Assembly: GCA_027451365.1 (NCBI GenBank)
Contig: DAIDJN010000054.1
Span: 1-64,000, forward strand
Direction of reading: 5' to 3'
Source: Phycisphaerales bacterium
GTDB taxonomy: Bacteria > Planctomycetota > Phycisphaerae > WQYP01
Length of the DNA: 64,000 nucleotides
Part shown: one piece after another, positions 1 to 9,826 of the stretch
Position numbering within the stretch: the stretch's first letter is position 1
Layout: each line of letters opens with the position of its first letter
Notes under the pieces: model-generated
Told to the model about the DNA's origin: nothing
Databases searched by the model: none
What the model saw: the letters and a program-made list of their open reading frames with translations, nothing else
Made by a program: the position numbers and the translations under genes

Positions 1-137
1 AACAGTGGGTTGGTGTCCACGGGTGTGGCATCCAGCGACGCCGTGCTGGAAGATGCCGCAGTGCCCGCGTAAGACAGACCGGCAGTCGCCAGAATGGCGG
101 CTGCGGTCAACAGCGTGCCCAACGAGCGTTTTACCAT
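1..137 (-). CDS. 5' end of a secreted protein (runs off the window edge)
   Basis: Reads MVKRSLGTLLTAAAILATAGLSYAGTAASSS..., a Sec signal peptide. AGGAG Shine-Dalgarno upstream of the ATG at 137. Confidence 0.75.
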   Translation of the reverse strand, partial: MVKRSLGTLLTAAAILATAGLSYAGTAASSSTASLDATPVDTNPL

Positions 138-191
138 AAGACTTCTCCTAAAAAGAGGACAGTAATGCACCAATACTCTTGGTGCCGATAA

Positions 192-207
192 AGCAAACCC
201 TGTGCCG
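192..207 (-). promoter_or_regulatory. sigma-54 (-24/-12) promoter of the gene at 1..137
   Basis: Minus strand reads CGGCAC-AGGGT-TTGCT, matching TGGCAC-N5-TTGCW with exact spacing, ~55 nt upstream of the start codon. Confidence 0.7.
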
Positions 208-337
208 GGCAGCCTAAATAGAGGGCCAAACCGGCTTTCCAACGCCAATAAGTGGCATTTTGTCATTTCCCATCCGATATTTCGTCACACCCGGTTGCCA
301 TAAAGTTCAGCCTTTTGCGCAACCAGCGGACATAAAA

Positions 338-353
338 GCCCATTTAATGGGCA
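338..353. promoter_or_regulatory. putative enhancer-binding-protein site (NtrC-like spacing)
   Basis: Palindrome GCCC-ATTTAAT-GGGC(A) has the N7 spacing of NtrC sites (GCAC-N7-GTGC) and lies ~130 bp upstream of the sigma-54 -24 element. Confidence 0.45.
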
Positions 354-427
354 CACTCGGATAGTCTCTCTTCAATCCCGAATTCAAATCTTTCCCATAC
401 CAGCGCACTATGCGGCCAGTCGCCGCC

Positions 428-1516
428 TTAATAATTCCAGCCGAGGCTCAGCCCAACCACCGTTGCCTCGCTGTGGCTGCCGGTCGGTTGGGAATAGCGG
501 GTGCCAGCAAATACCTCTTCCACAAAACCACCTACCGAAACCGCGCCGAAGTTCGCCGGAATATTCAGCAATGAATTCGCCGGATAATTGGCGCCAATCC
601 CGACGGTTGATCCCAGATAGCCATCCCGATAGCTGACCTGATTGGCATCCAGACGCTTTTCATTCTGAATCGCCGCCACACTGGCATAAGGATTCAACAC
701 CAGACCATTTGTATTGGGAATGGTGAAGGTGGGGCTTAGGCCCGCTTCGTAATATTCACCGGCATTGGCCATGTAATAAGCGCCGTTAAAGTCGAAGCCG
801 ACATAAATATATGGATTCAGCGCAATGTTATTCAAAAAGCTCTGTGTATTGAGCGTCGCCTTTACATACACTTCCTGCATGTCGGTCTGGCCGTGGCCAC
901 CCTGCACGGGCTGCGCACCGGCTACGGAACTCCAACTGTTCACCGGCGTAATGAAATTGGTATAGCCGGCATCCAGCCCCAGAAGGCTCATCAGATCGTA
1001 ATGATACCCAATGGTCAGATCCAATTCGGTAAAATCGCTGGTCGGAACGTTGTTGGTATAGGTAGTCCCGCTCCGGACACCCGCGATTCCCTGCTGGAGT
1101 GAGTCCATGTACGGTTTGCGGACATTGTTGGAATAATCGGCAAACAATTTCAGGTACACATCACCGAATTGCCGCAAATTCACATCCAGTTCGCTGTTGT
1201 TCATCAGATTCAACCGGTTGGGCGCAATATCGCGGTAACGGAACCAGTAATCGTTGGCATAAGAAAATGTCGTTGAAAGCGTGAACGGTGCGGTACTTGC
1301 GCCGGTGGTCTGCTGGCCGGGTGCAAGGGGGTTGGCGGCCAGGTTCGCAATATCGTCCAGCGAAAGCGTGGGCGCGGAAAATGGGTCCGCGCCCAAAACC
1401 GGGGCAGAGGCCATCAAACTGGCCTTTGCACCGAATGCACAAATAAATGCTATACCGGCGAAGGCAATCCCGGCAATCCGGTTTTGCGGCTTTCTGTTGT
1501 AGCCAAAGCAGCCCAT
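428..1516 (-). CDS. outer-membrane beta-barrel protein, TorF/Gcw_chp-like putative porin
   Basis: Signal peptide; motifs NDYWFR, ELDLTIGY, LDAGY, EVYVKAT; C-terminal strand ends in an aromatic residue (LSLGWNY). Likely start is the ATG at 1516 after AGGAAGG. Confidence 0.6.
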   Translation of the reverse strand: MGCFGYNRKPQNRIAGIAFAGIAFICAFGAKASLMASAPVLGADPFSAPTLSLDDIANLAANPLAPGQQTTGASTAPFTLSTTFSYANDYWFRYRDIAPNRLNLMNNSELDVNLRQFGDVYLKLFADYSNNVRKPYMDSLQQGIAGVRSGTTYTNNVPTSDFTELDLTIGYHYDLMSLLGLDAGYTNFITPVNSWSSVAGAQPVQGGHGQTDMQEVYVKATLNTQSFLNNIALNPYIYVGFDFNGAYYMANAGEYYEAGLSPTFTIPNTNGLVLNPYASVAAIQNEKRLDANQVSYRDGYLGSTVGIGANYPANSLLNIPANFGAVSVGGFVEEVFAGTRYSQPTGSHSEATVVGLSLGWNY

Positions 1517-1841
1517 AACGCCTTCCTGAAAAACTGCGGGTGCAATCCAACCGGATTCCAAGTGATCTACCAGACCACAGTGCCGCGTTCAATTCTTAAG
1601 TTTGGCACGAACGTTACCAGACCATACGGCCCGAACATTCATTGGTTCGGAAAACCAAACTTACATAAACTGTCCGAATATTCGGAACAATTCAAACGCC
1701 CGCATCCATCGGGCTGTTGGAAAACAATCTGGAGCCAAGCACATATTCCGGCTCTGTTAACAGCTTGGACAACCCCTGCCAAAGCCGCCGCTTGGTTATT
1801 CCGCATGCACGGCAAGCAGGTGCTTACCCGCCTGGCCGCTA

Positions 1842-1866
1842 GAGCCGATAAAAACGTTATCGGCTC
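1842..1866. terminator. perfect 10-bp hairpin between the decarboxylase-like and porin-like genes
   Basis: GAGCCGATAA-AAACG-TTATCGGCTC. No clear U-tract, so terminator function is uncertain. Confidence 0.35.
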
Positions 1867-2087
1867 CCTGCCGGAAAATAGAGCAATAAAAACCGCGCCA
1901 TTGCCCGGCCATTGAGCGGAATTCTAATGGCTTGCGCTAAGAATGCAAGTGATTCTGACTAGCAATTTGATAATATTTCGTAAATACGATTAATTCTATC
2001 CAAATTGTCGTACCCATGCCAATTCTCCCACATTTTTATCCCCTGAATTATTCTCCCCGACAGTCTGGTGTGCGCGGAAACAGGGCA

Positions 2088-2648
2088 CTACATTAAAAAA
2101 ACGGCAGCCGCGACCACAGTCGTCCAAAGGCCGTTCTTGTCTCCCTCGGCGGTTTGAACAATATTCCGCGTCCGCACCACATTGCCGCTCATACGGTAAA
2201 TCTCTTTGCGCTCGTCGTAATTTCTCTGCGGGTCAAATTCGATGCCCAGTGTCATGGCCAGCATTGTGGCGGCCATGTCTTCCACATAATCGCCGGTCTT
2301 TTCTTCCGTAAGGCCATAGCCGGTATGACGGGCGATGTACCCGTACTGGTCGCGGATAGGCATCGCCACGCCTATCCCGGAGCTTAGCAGGCGGTTAGGC
2401 TCGTCACTGCTTGATTCACTGATGACGCCAAACGCCACCTGGCCGGGAATAAGTTTCCGGATGCCCTCAGTCACTCCAATAATTTTGCAGCGGGCGGGCA
2501 GAATGCCCGAAACTTGAACAAGATTAAACTTCTCTATACCTGCATGTCTTAACGCAAGCTCCGCGGATTGAGCCTTATACCGGTGACGGCCCACCCCTTT
2601 GGTGAAAAAGACGCGGGTCGGTATCGGTGCGGTCCATTCATGCGCCAT
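2088..2648 (-). CDS. pyruvoyl-dependent arginine decarboxylase homologue (atypical active site)
   Basis: FFTKGVGRH, ELALRHAGIEKFNLVQVSGILP, EDMAATMLAMTLG and WTTVVAAAVF are typical of the family, but SS is SG and the YLSEHH-type motif is YIARHT. Confidence 0.85.
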   Translation of the reverse strand: MAHEWTAPIPTRVFFTKGVGRHRYKAQSAELALRHAGIEKFNLVQVSGILPARCKIIGVTEGIRKLIPGQVAFGVISESSSDEPNRLLSSGIGVAMPIRDQYGYIARHTGYGLTEEKTGDYVEDMAATMLAMTLGIEFDPQRNYDERKEIYRMSGNVVRTRNIVQTAEGDKNGLWTTVVAAAVFLM

Positions 2649-2944
2649 CTGACAGAGCCTCCGGAAACCCGCCGACGGCGGGCCATATTTCCGCTTTGAT
2701 TTTCAGCTGGAGGCAACCCGTTACGCCGCCGACCGCAAAGCATGACATAATTATAAAGCGCCCGCCGCCAACCCGCACGTTTCTTGCCTAAAAGTCGCCG
2801 GCACCAAATCCAATGGCACGCATCCGCCCGCGTTGTCAGGGTTTTGCACACTTCCTTTAAACGCCCCGATCAGCTTTCTATCAGTTCCACTTTCGGGCTG
2901 CGCCAGACCGGTGAGATATATCCCTCCACCTTTCTTTGTTCCCG

Positions 2945-5590
2945 TCAGCCAACGGTTGCCGCGTGCGGATCCACCCGTGTCCGCCGCAGACGAAGCGCAT
3001 TGGTTATGACGGAAACAGAACTTAGACTCATCGCGGCGGCGGCGATCATTGGACTTAGCACCCAGCCGGTCCAAGGGTACAAAACGCCCGCAGCCAAGGG
3101 TATGCCCAACGCGTTGTATCCGAAGGCCAACCACAAATTCTGACGGATGTTTCGCATGATGGCGGTCGATAACCCCAGCGCCCTGGAAATTCCCTGCAAA
3201 TCCCCCCCCAGCAATGTTATTCCGGCACTGGCCATCGCGATGTCGGTTCCGGTGGCCATCGCAATTCCGACATGGGCCGCCGCCAGTGCGGGTGCATCGT
3301 TAATGCCGTCGCCCACCATAGCAACCAGCCGCCCCTGATTTTGCTCGGCTTCAACGGCTTTGGCTTTGTCCTGGGGCAGAAGTCCGGCCACTACATCATC
3401 CAACTTCAGTTCCCGGGCCACCGCTTGAGCCGTACGGCTATCGTCACCAGTCAGCATCATGACACGCAATCCGCGAGCCTGCAGCGCGGCGACCACAGCG
3501 GCGGCATTGGGCTTAATCCGGTCCGCCACGCCAAAAAATCCAAGCACCCGACCGCCAGCCGCCAGGTACACGACCGTCTGGCCAAGGGATTCGAGTTCCG
3601 CGACTGTTTTTCCGGCTTTATCCCCGGCTTCGCCGACAATGTGTTCCGGTGCCGGCACCTCAAGCCCCATGTCCGCCAGTAAAGCGGCGTTGCCAATCGC
3701 CACCGGCTCGGCGGCCACCGTTCCCGTGACCCCTTTGCCACTTATCGCCCTGACATTGCTGACTGTCGGCAATGCCAGTCCGCGTGCCTGCGCAGTCTGA
3801 ACAATTGCCCGGGCCAGTGGGTGTTCGCTGGCCTGCTCCAGTCCCGCCGCCATCCCCAGCAGACGGGCTTCATCCTGGCCGGCCACCCGGCGAATGGAAA
3901 CAACCTGCGGCTTGCCCGTCGTTAATGTGCCGGTCTTGTCCAGCACAATGGTGCGAACCTTTTCCAGTCGCTGGATCGCCTCGGCATTTTTCACCAGCAC
4001 ACCCAGTTGCGCCGCCCGCCCCACACCAACCATTATGGCCATGGGCGTCGCCAGCCCCAGGGCACACGGGCAGGCGATGATCAATACGCTGACAGCATTT
4101 ATAACAGCGTACGCCAGCGCGGGCGAAGGCCCGACAGACCACCAGATTGCGGCCGTTAAAATTGCGGCAAGAATAACCGCGGGCACAAAATAAGAGGCCA
4201 CGCGATCCGCGAGTTGCTGAATGGGCGCGCGACTGCGCTGCGCCTGGGCAACCATCTGCACAATTTGCGCCAGCATCGTTTGGCCGCCCACCCTGGTGGC
4301 CCGCATGACCAGTGCGCCGGTCGCATTCAGCGTGCCGCCAATAAGTGCGTCACCAGCCTTTTTTTCAGCGGGCATTGATTCACCTGATATCATGGATTCA
4401 TCCACGGCCGCGGTGCCTTCCAGCAGCAGGCCGTCGGTGGGAATGCTTTCCCCGGGGCGCACCAGAAGCGTGTCGCCGGTCTGCACGTCGCTTAAGGGGA
4501 TATCCTGCCACGCGGATTGGCTATCCATACGACGATGCGCAATTGTTGGCGATAAATTCAGCAACCCTTTAAGTGCCTCGGACGTTTGGGCCCGGGCGCG
4601 CAGTTCCAGCACCTGCCCGAGCAGCACCAGTGACACAATAACCGCGGCGCTTTCAAAATAGGTCGCCACCTGACCACCGGGGCGCATGGCGGCGGGAAAG
4701 CAATCCGGGGCGATCGTCGCCACCGCGGAAAAAACCCACGCCGCCCCAACGCCTGTTCCAATTAGTGTAAACATATTTAAATGTTTATTTAACAATGACT
4801 TCCACGCGCGCCGGAAAAAGGGCCAGCCGCAATAAAACACCACCGGTGTGGCCAGCAGCAGTTCCACCGGGTTCAACCAGGCCGCTCTGGCCAGAGCGTT
4901 TGAAAAATCGGCGGTCATGGCCAATACCAGCAGTGGCAGCGCGAATATCACGCTGACTTTGAATCGACGGGTCATATCCGCAAGTTCCGGATTGGCCGTC
5001 GGCTGCGATTCCGGCCGCATTCCCTCCAGCGCCATGCCGCATTTGGGACATGACCCCGGCTGGTCACGCACCACTTCCGGATGCATCGGACAGGTATACC
5101 GAACCGGCGATGTTTCCGCGCCGGTGGACAGACCCGCGGGTCCAATCTCCAGTTCCAGCGCCATGCCGCATTTTGGGCATGTATCCGCATGGTCCATCAG
5201 AATTTCAGGGTCCATCGGACAGATATAGCGCGCCGATGATTTTCCCCCTGCCGCGCCCCCCGTTGGAACGCCCGACACCTCGGTGGATGTTTTGGCCTTA
5301 GCTGAAACGGTCAGACCGTGCAATTGAACCGCCGGCGCGTGGGTCTTGTTCAGATATTTTTCCGGATCCGCCTGAAATTTTGCGATGCAACTTCGACCGC
5401 AAAAAAAATAGTCTTTCCCTTTATAATTGACCGACCCAGCACATTTTTCCGGATTCACGCGCATGGAACAAACCGGGTCAATGGCAACCGCGGGATTGCC
5501 CGCACCGGTGTCTGCATGACCCGTTTTGGATTCCGCAGAATCAGGATGATTCACAAAAAACTCCAAAAATGGCCTTTCGGCCATATCCAT
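2945..5590 (-). CDS. copA: copper(I)-translocating P1B-type ATPase with YHS domain and two CPM(H/D)P...CPKCGM metal-binding domains
   Basis: CPC, DKTGT, SEHP, GDGINDAP, YN and MSLSS motifs; N-terminal DPVCSM...YFFC YHS domain. Confidence 0.93.
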   Translation of the reverse strand: MDMAERPFLEFFVNHPDSAESKTGHADTGAGNPAVAIDPVCSMRVNPEKCAGSVNYKGKDYFFCGRSCIAKFQADPEKYLNKTHAPAVQLHGLTVSAKAKTSTEVSGVPTGGAAGGKSSARYICPMDPEILMDHADTCPKCGMALELEIGPAGLSTGAETSPVRYTCPMHPEVVRDQPGSCPKCGMALEGMRPESQPTANPELADMTRRFKVSVIFALPLLVLAMTADFSNALARAAWLNPVELLLATPVVFYCGWPFFRRAWKSLLNKHLNMFTLIGTGVGAAWVFSAVATIAPDCFPAAMRPGGQVATYFESAAVIVSLVLLGQVLELRARAQTSEALKGLLNLSPTIAHRRMDSQSAWQDIPLSDVQTGDTLLVRPGESIPTDGLLLEGTAAVDESMISGESMPAEKKAGDALIGGTLNATGALVMRATRVGGQTMLAQIVQMVAQAQRSRAPIQQLADRVASYFVPAVILAAILTAAIWWSVGPSPALAYAVINAVSVLIIACPCALGLATPMAIMVGVGRAAQLGVLVKNAEAIQRLEKVRTIVLDKTGTLTTGKPQVVSIRRVAGQDEARLLGMAAGLEQASEHPLARAIVQTAQARGLALPTVSNVRAISGKGVTGTVAAEPVAIGNAALLADMGLEVPAPEHIVGEAGDKAGKTVAELESLGQTVVYLAAGGRVLGFFGVADRIKPNAAAVVAALQARGLRVMMLTGDDSRTAQAVARELKLDDVVAGLLPQDKAKAVEAEQNQGRLVAMVGDGINDAPALAAAHVGIAMATGTDIAMASAGITLLGGDLQGISRALGLSTAIMRNIRQNLWLAFGYNALGIPLAAGVLYPWTGWVLSPMIAAAAMSLSSVSVITNALRLRRTRVDPHAATVG

Positions 5591-5860
5591 CCGCCCCGTC
5601 TTTTATGATAGCCCCAGGATCGGGAAAGAAAAGCGCCGGATCACCGCACCTGGGCCGAGCCAGGCTCTCGGGCATTCTGAAAAGGCATGAATAATGAATG
5701 CTTGACGCACAGATTCAGCATCTGAACGGCCCATCGCGCCACAGTTCGGACGGGCAGGCGCGCATCCGAGTGCGCCTCGGCCGTCAAGACCGAATGTCGA
5801 TCCATTTGTTATTCGCGCAATGCCGCGTATCGGCCAGAAATTTGCCAAGGACCGCGACGG

Positions 5861-6940
5861 TCAATTTTCCGTACCGGATTCCGCGGCACGTATGCGCGCC
5901 GCGGAAAGGATAAATCGCTGCGTTAACCCCGCCCAGACCAGCAGAAGCGATCCGGATACTATCATGAACAACCACAACATTTCTATGCGCACCGGCAGGT
6001 CAGATTGCCGCGAAAGGACACCCGGCTGCAACGCGGTCCACAGGCCAACGCCCATGGTTACCGTAAGCCCCAGCGTGCCCAGCAGCCGACAGGCGGTATT
6101 TACCCATCGCTTGAATTCAGAAAAGTAGGCCAACATGCCCAGCAGTCCGGCAAATTCCGCGCCGAATACAGCCGCTATAATCGTCAGATGAACCCAAAGC
6201 TGCTCACCATGGGGCACAATCGCCGTAATCTGTTTGCCGCACACCGCCAAACCGGCCGGCAGGAACCAAAGAATGGTAACCCCGGCGGAAATGAAAAACT
6301 GCCAGTTGCGAAACCGCAGAGATTCAGTCACCGCGGGCCGAATGCCGGTAATCGCATCCAAAGCCACCAGCGACAGCAGGGCCACCGTCGGATAACCGAC
6401 CAGAATAACAAATACCTCTCCCTGCCCCTTGGCCAGCAGCATGACGAGGCACAACATACATACCCCGAGCATCCACATGAAATCCGCCCGCAAAGACCGC
6501 GGCAGAAAAATAAGCGCCGGCACGCCCAGCAGTCCAAGAACCAGTTCCAGGAAGCGAAGCGTCTGCCCCATGCCACTGTGAAATACCGGTGCCGCCGAGT
6601 TTGCGCCCATTAATTGTGCGCCCAGTCGCGAAAAAATCAGGTAGACCGGCGCAACCAGCAGAATACATCCGAAAATTCCGACGAACAGGCACGAAAATTC
6701 AAACCGTTTACGCGGAATTGGCCACGGCTTTTCCGCTTCGCTCCCCGCCGCATCATTGGCATCGGCAGTCGGCTGGGCCAATGCGGTCGCCGGTTTGGCG
6801 GCGGGAAAATCGATTTTCGGCGGCGCGGCGGCAACCGCCGTCCGTCCGTCCGAAATACCGTGAATGCCCGGCGAAATGCCACGCCGCGCCAAGACTGGTC
6901 TGCCGTACCGCATACAAAACTCCGCCAACGCGCCGGGCAC
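5861..6940 (-). CDS. hypothetical multi-pass membrane protein
   Basis: About 8-9 hydrophobic segments; true start uncertain. Confidence 0.6.
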   Translation of the reverse strand: MPGALAEFCMRYGRPVLARRGISPGIHGISDGRTAVAAAPPKIDFPAAKPATALAQPTADANDAAGSEAEKPWPIPRKRFEFSCLFVGIFGCILLVAPVYLIFSRLGAQLMGANSAAPVFHSGMGQTLRFLELVLGLLGVPALIFLPRSLRADFMWMLGVCMLCLVMLLAKGQGEVFVILVGYPTVALLSLVALDAITGIRPAVTESLRFRNWQFFISAGVTILWFLPAGLAVCGKQITAIVPHGEQLWVHLTIIAAVFGAEFAGLLGMLAYFSEFKRWVNTACRLLGTLGLTVTMGVGLWTALQPGVLSRQSDLPVRIEMLWLFMIVSGSLLLVWAGLTQRFILSAARIRAAESGTEN

Positions 6941-7085
6941 GCAGGAAGCTCCGGCCTGCCTGTATTATATCGGTCAAATGGCTGGCATGTGAGATTTTGT
7001 TCAATAATTCAACTTGCCCGAGGACTGCCACTGGCTCTTTTGACAAGCGGCCATTTGTCCGAAGGCATCGTCCGTGGATGGATTA

Positions 7086-8114
7086 TCAGGCCAAATATTT
7101 ATCGGCGGCCTTGCGCCGGCAAAGGGCCAGGCCACCCAATCCCAGAACGCCGCAAAACAACAGTGCCCCAGTTGGCGGCGCTGGCAACGGGCCGCCGGCG
7201 GGGATGGCGTTCAGCGGTGTGGAAAAATTCGGGCTGGCAAAATCAATTTCTCCAACGCCGGTGATACCCCCCACCGCTACATTGCCGGTAATTGTGCTTT
7301 GAGTGTCAAGCGCTGCGTTGGGTGCCAAGATAGATCCATACCACCCGGATTGCAGAGACACAGTGGCAGCGGTGCTGAAATTCCACACAATGTTATCCGC
7401 CAGGTCGGCATTTCCGTTGAAATTCAACCCGCCTGGCTCTGAAAAGCTGGACCCCGAAAAATTTACCAGCACCTGCTGATTGGTTGACAAATTGGAAAAT
7501 TCAATATTGGAAATTGGCTGACCGGGTGAAAAAGTAGTCGAGTTAATATTGAACACCACAAGCGAAGGACCGGTCGGCACGTTAAACGATAAATCATTGT
7601 TGCTTGCAGTCACCGTCGCGCCGTTGGTGGTGGGCAAAGCCGCCCATGCGGTGGAGGTGGCCGACAGCTCGCTGCCGAAATTGGCCAGGTCGGTCACCGG
7701 TGCGGTCGAATTTTGTACAAGTGAACCGCCACCGTTCACCGAAAAACCGCCGGTCGCCGTGCCGCCGATCAGCACATTTCCGTTATTTACGTGGACGCTA
7801 CTGGAGGTGATGCCGCCAGTGGCTTCCAAGCCGATGGTGGAACCCGAAGGTAATCCATTTCCCGCAAAGGTCGAACCCGCAACCGACCCATTTATGAAAG
7901 CATTGCCTTGAATATCGCTGTTATCAGTAAACGAGGCCACCGGCGTGCGAGATCCGCCAGCAGCCGGCGCGCCCAGCACAATAACGTTGAATTGTTCCAT
8001 GGGAAAGGCTCCCGCACATGCCCGTGGAAGACCAGAAAAGCCTGAGTTGGCAACCGAAATAAATGCCACGCCAGCCAAAACCATTGTGTTAATGCATTTC
8101 ATTCTCAAAATCAC
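7086..8114 (-). CDS. choice-of-anchor A family surface protein with variant PEP-CTERM-like anchor
   Basis: Signal peptide; FNVIVLG, SDIQG, IVWNFSTA, GSILAPNA motifs; C-terminal LPAPPT-hydrophobic helix-RRK. Confidence 0.75.
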   Translation of the reverse strand: MILRMKCINTMVLAGVAFISVANSGFSGLPRACAGAFPMEQFNVIVLGAPAAGGSRTPVASFTDNSDIQGNAFINGSVAGSTFAGNGLPSGSTIGLEATGGITSSSVHVNNGNVLIGGTATGGFSVNGGGSLVQNSTAPVTDLANFGSELSATSTAWAALPTTNGATVTASNNDLSFNVPTGPSLVVFNINSTTFSPGQPISNIEFSNLSTNQQVLVNFSGSSFSEPGGLNFNGNADLADNIVWNFSTAATVSLQSGWYGSILAPNAALDTQSTITGNVAVGGITGVGEIDFASPNFSTPLNAIPAGGPLPAPPTGALLFCGVLGLGGLALCRRKAADKYLA

Positions 8115-8689
8115 TCCGTACCTAAACTATGCCACAGCGCAATACATTCGGCAATTGCCGCTTGCAATGGCCATGGATCAACTACAGTGTTACCAGCGTT
8201 GTTTTACGCCAGCAGAGCGGCGGGATTCTCTATCCCTCATTTCTCAGGCAGCTCACGGCCACCTGCGCAACCATTTAATAGCCCGGAGTTTACCATACCA
8301 TTCGACATAAAGTCAAAAACCAGTCCATTACCAGTTCAAATTTCACGTTTATCTGACGTTGCGACGTAAATCCTGGTCGTCCGGTGGCTCTGAAATCGGA
8401 AAATAAGCGATTTTTTCCGCCAGCGGCCCGCCAACCCATAGCTGGATTCGTCCGTAACTCAACTGCACCGCCCACCTATCTATCACAACCCAGTTGCGTG
8501 CCAACATAACCGATGTCAAACCGGATATTTCACACGCATAATTCTTGACACTGCCGCCCCAGCGCGTTACGGTTCCGGGTAGTATGGACCGCATTGTGCG
8601 CTCGGCAGGCTAATGAGGCCGGCCAGACGGCTTGCGAATCAGGCGGCACAATCGGCGGAGCGGTCAAATCTTACTTGGAGAAACGCAGT

Positions 8690-9727
8690 ATGCGGACTGG
8701 CTTTTGGCGTTGGCCTTCTCTGGCTGTTGTGCTTGGAACCACCGGGCTGGCTTTTGGCGCTGCGCCGCCTATGCCCAATCCGGTTGCAGCCACGTATACC
8801 GCAGCCGATACAACCGCCATGACCGCGTATGTGGACTACTACGCCGCCCAATTGCGGCAGGCCACCACCACGCGAGCTATGGTCCACGCCCGCCACGGTA
8901 TCTTAAAACCGCTGCAGCAAAAATCTCTCACGCCGTCGGTTATGTTTCTTTCAGATTACGGGAGCGTTGTTACCACAGAATTAACTCCTCTGCTGGCCCA
9001 TAAAAATCTCGCGCTAAATACCATCATCACCTTGGCCAACATCAATGATTTAAGCACCCAACCCGCTCTGCAACAGGGGCTGGAAAGTCCGGTGCCCGCG
9101 GTACGCTACTGGGCGGCTCGCGGTTTAATCGGAATCGAACCGGAACTGGCACAAATCGGCCCATCTGAACAGTCCGCGGTAACCCAGCTGAAAACCGCGC
9201 TTTCTACTGAAACAGACCCGGTCGCGGCCTTGGAAATTTGCCAATGCCTGCAATCCATGACGCCCGAACCGCTGGACACCGCGCCCCTTATTGTGGCCGT
9301 AATCGGGCGCGTGACCCATCCTTACCCCAAGGCGCCACCCCAGAATCTGGACCTCGCCGCCAGACTGGTCAGCAGCCTGACCCAGGTTCTGAAAGCGGGG
9401 GCCGTGCTTACCCCGGACGAAAAGCTTACCGCCATGACCACATTGGCGGATTTAGGCAGCTACGCCGCCCAATACTGGCAGGCTGGCCTCCTGGGCTACC
9501 CGCAAAAGCTTGCCGCGCCCGAAACCGTCAACGCCTGCGCAGCGGCGATGAACGCCGTCAGCGGTACAACTTCTTTTTCCATTCCAACCCTTACCAGTAC
9601 CAGCAGCGCCACCGACACGCTTCTGAAGGTCAATGCCCTTACCGGCAGCCAGTCGCAGGCTGGTATCCTGCAAAAACTTTTCCCAAAGGCCCCCATTCCC
9701 ATCCGTATTGCCGGGGCAGGGCAATGA
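8690..9727 (+). CDS. secreted HEAT-repeat-containing hypothetical protein
   Basis: Signal peptide after GGAG SD; PAVRYWAARGL HEAT-like motif; directly upstream of aroA. Confidence 0.7.
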   Translation: MRTGFWRWPSLAVVLGTTGLAFGAAPPMPNPVAATYTAADTTAMTAYVDYYAAQLRQATTTRAMVHARHGILKPLQQKSLTPSVMFLSDYGSVVTTELTPLLAHKNLALNTIITLANINDLSTQPALQQGLESPVPAVRYWAARGLIGIEPELAQIGPSEQSAVTQLKTALSTETDPVAALEICQCLQSMTPEPLDTAPLIVAVIGRVTHPYPKAPPQNLDLAARLVSSLTQVLKAGAVLTPDEKLTAMTTLADLGSYAAQYWQAGLLGYPQKLAAPETVNACAAAMNAVSGTTSFSIPTLTSTSSATDTLLKVNALTGSQSQAGILQKLFPKAPIPIRIAGAGQ

Positions 9728-9826
9728 TGCACATTGCCCATGCAAAATGCGCTGACGGTTTGTTGGTCGGGCCGTTTGCGCCCAACGGCACCGTGTCCAG
9801 ACGCGGCAAAGATACATGGGGACCGC

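Noticed and set aside
1603..1618. TGGCAC-GAACG-TTAC sigma-54-like element on the + strand
   Set aside because: The -12 GC is missing and it points away from any plausible gene.
5025..5230. Two similar DNA segments within copA
   Set aside because: They encode the tandem CPM(H/D)P...CPKCGMALE metal-binding domains, not a mobile or CRISPR repeat.
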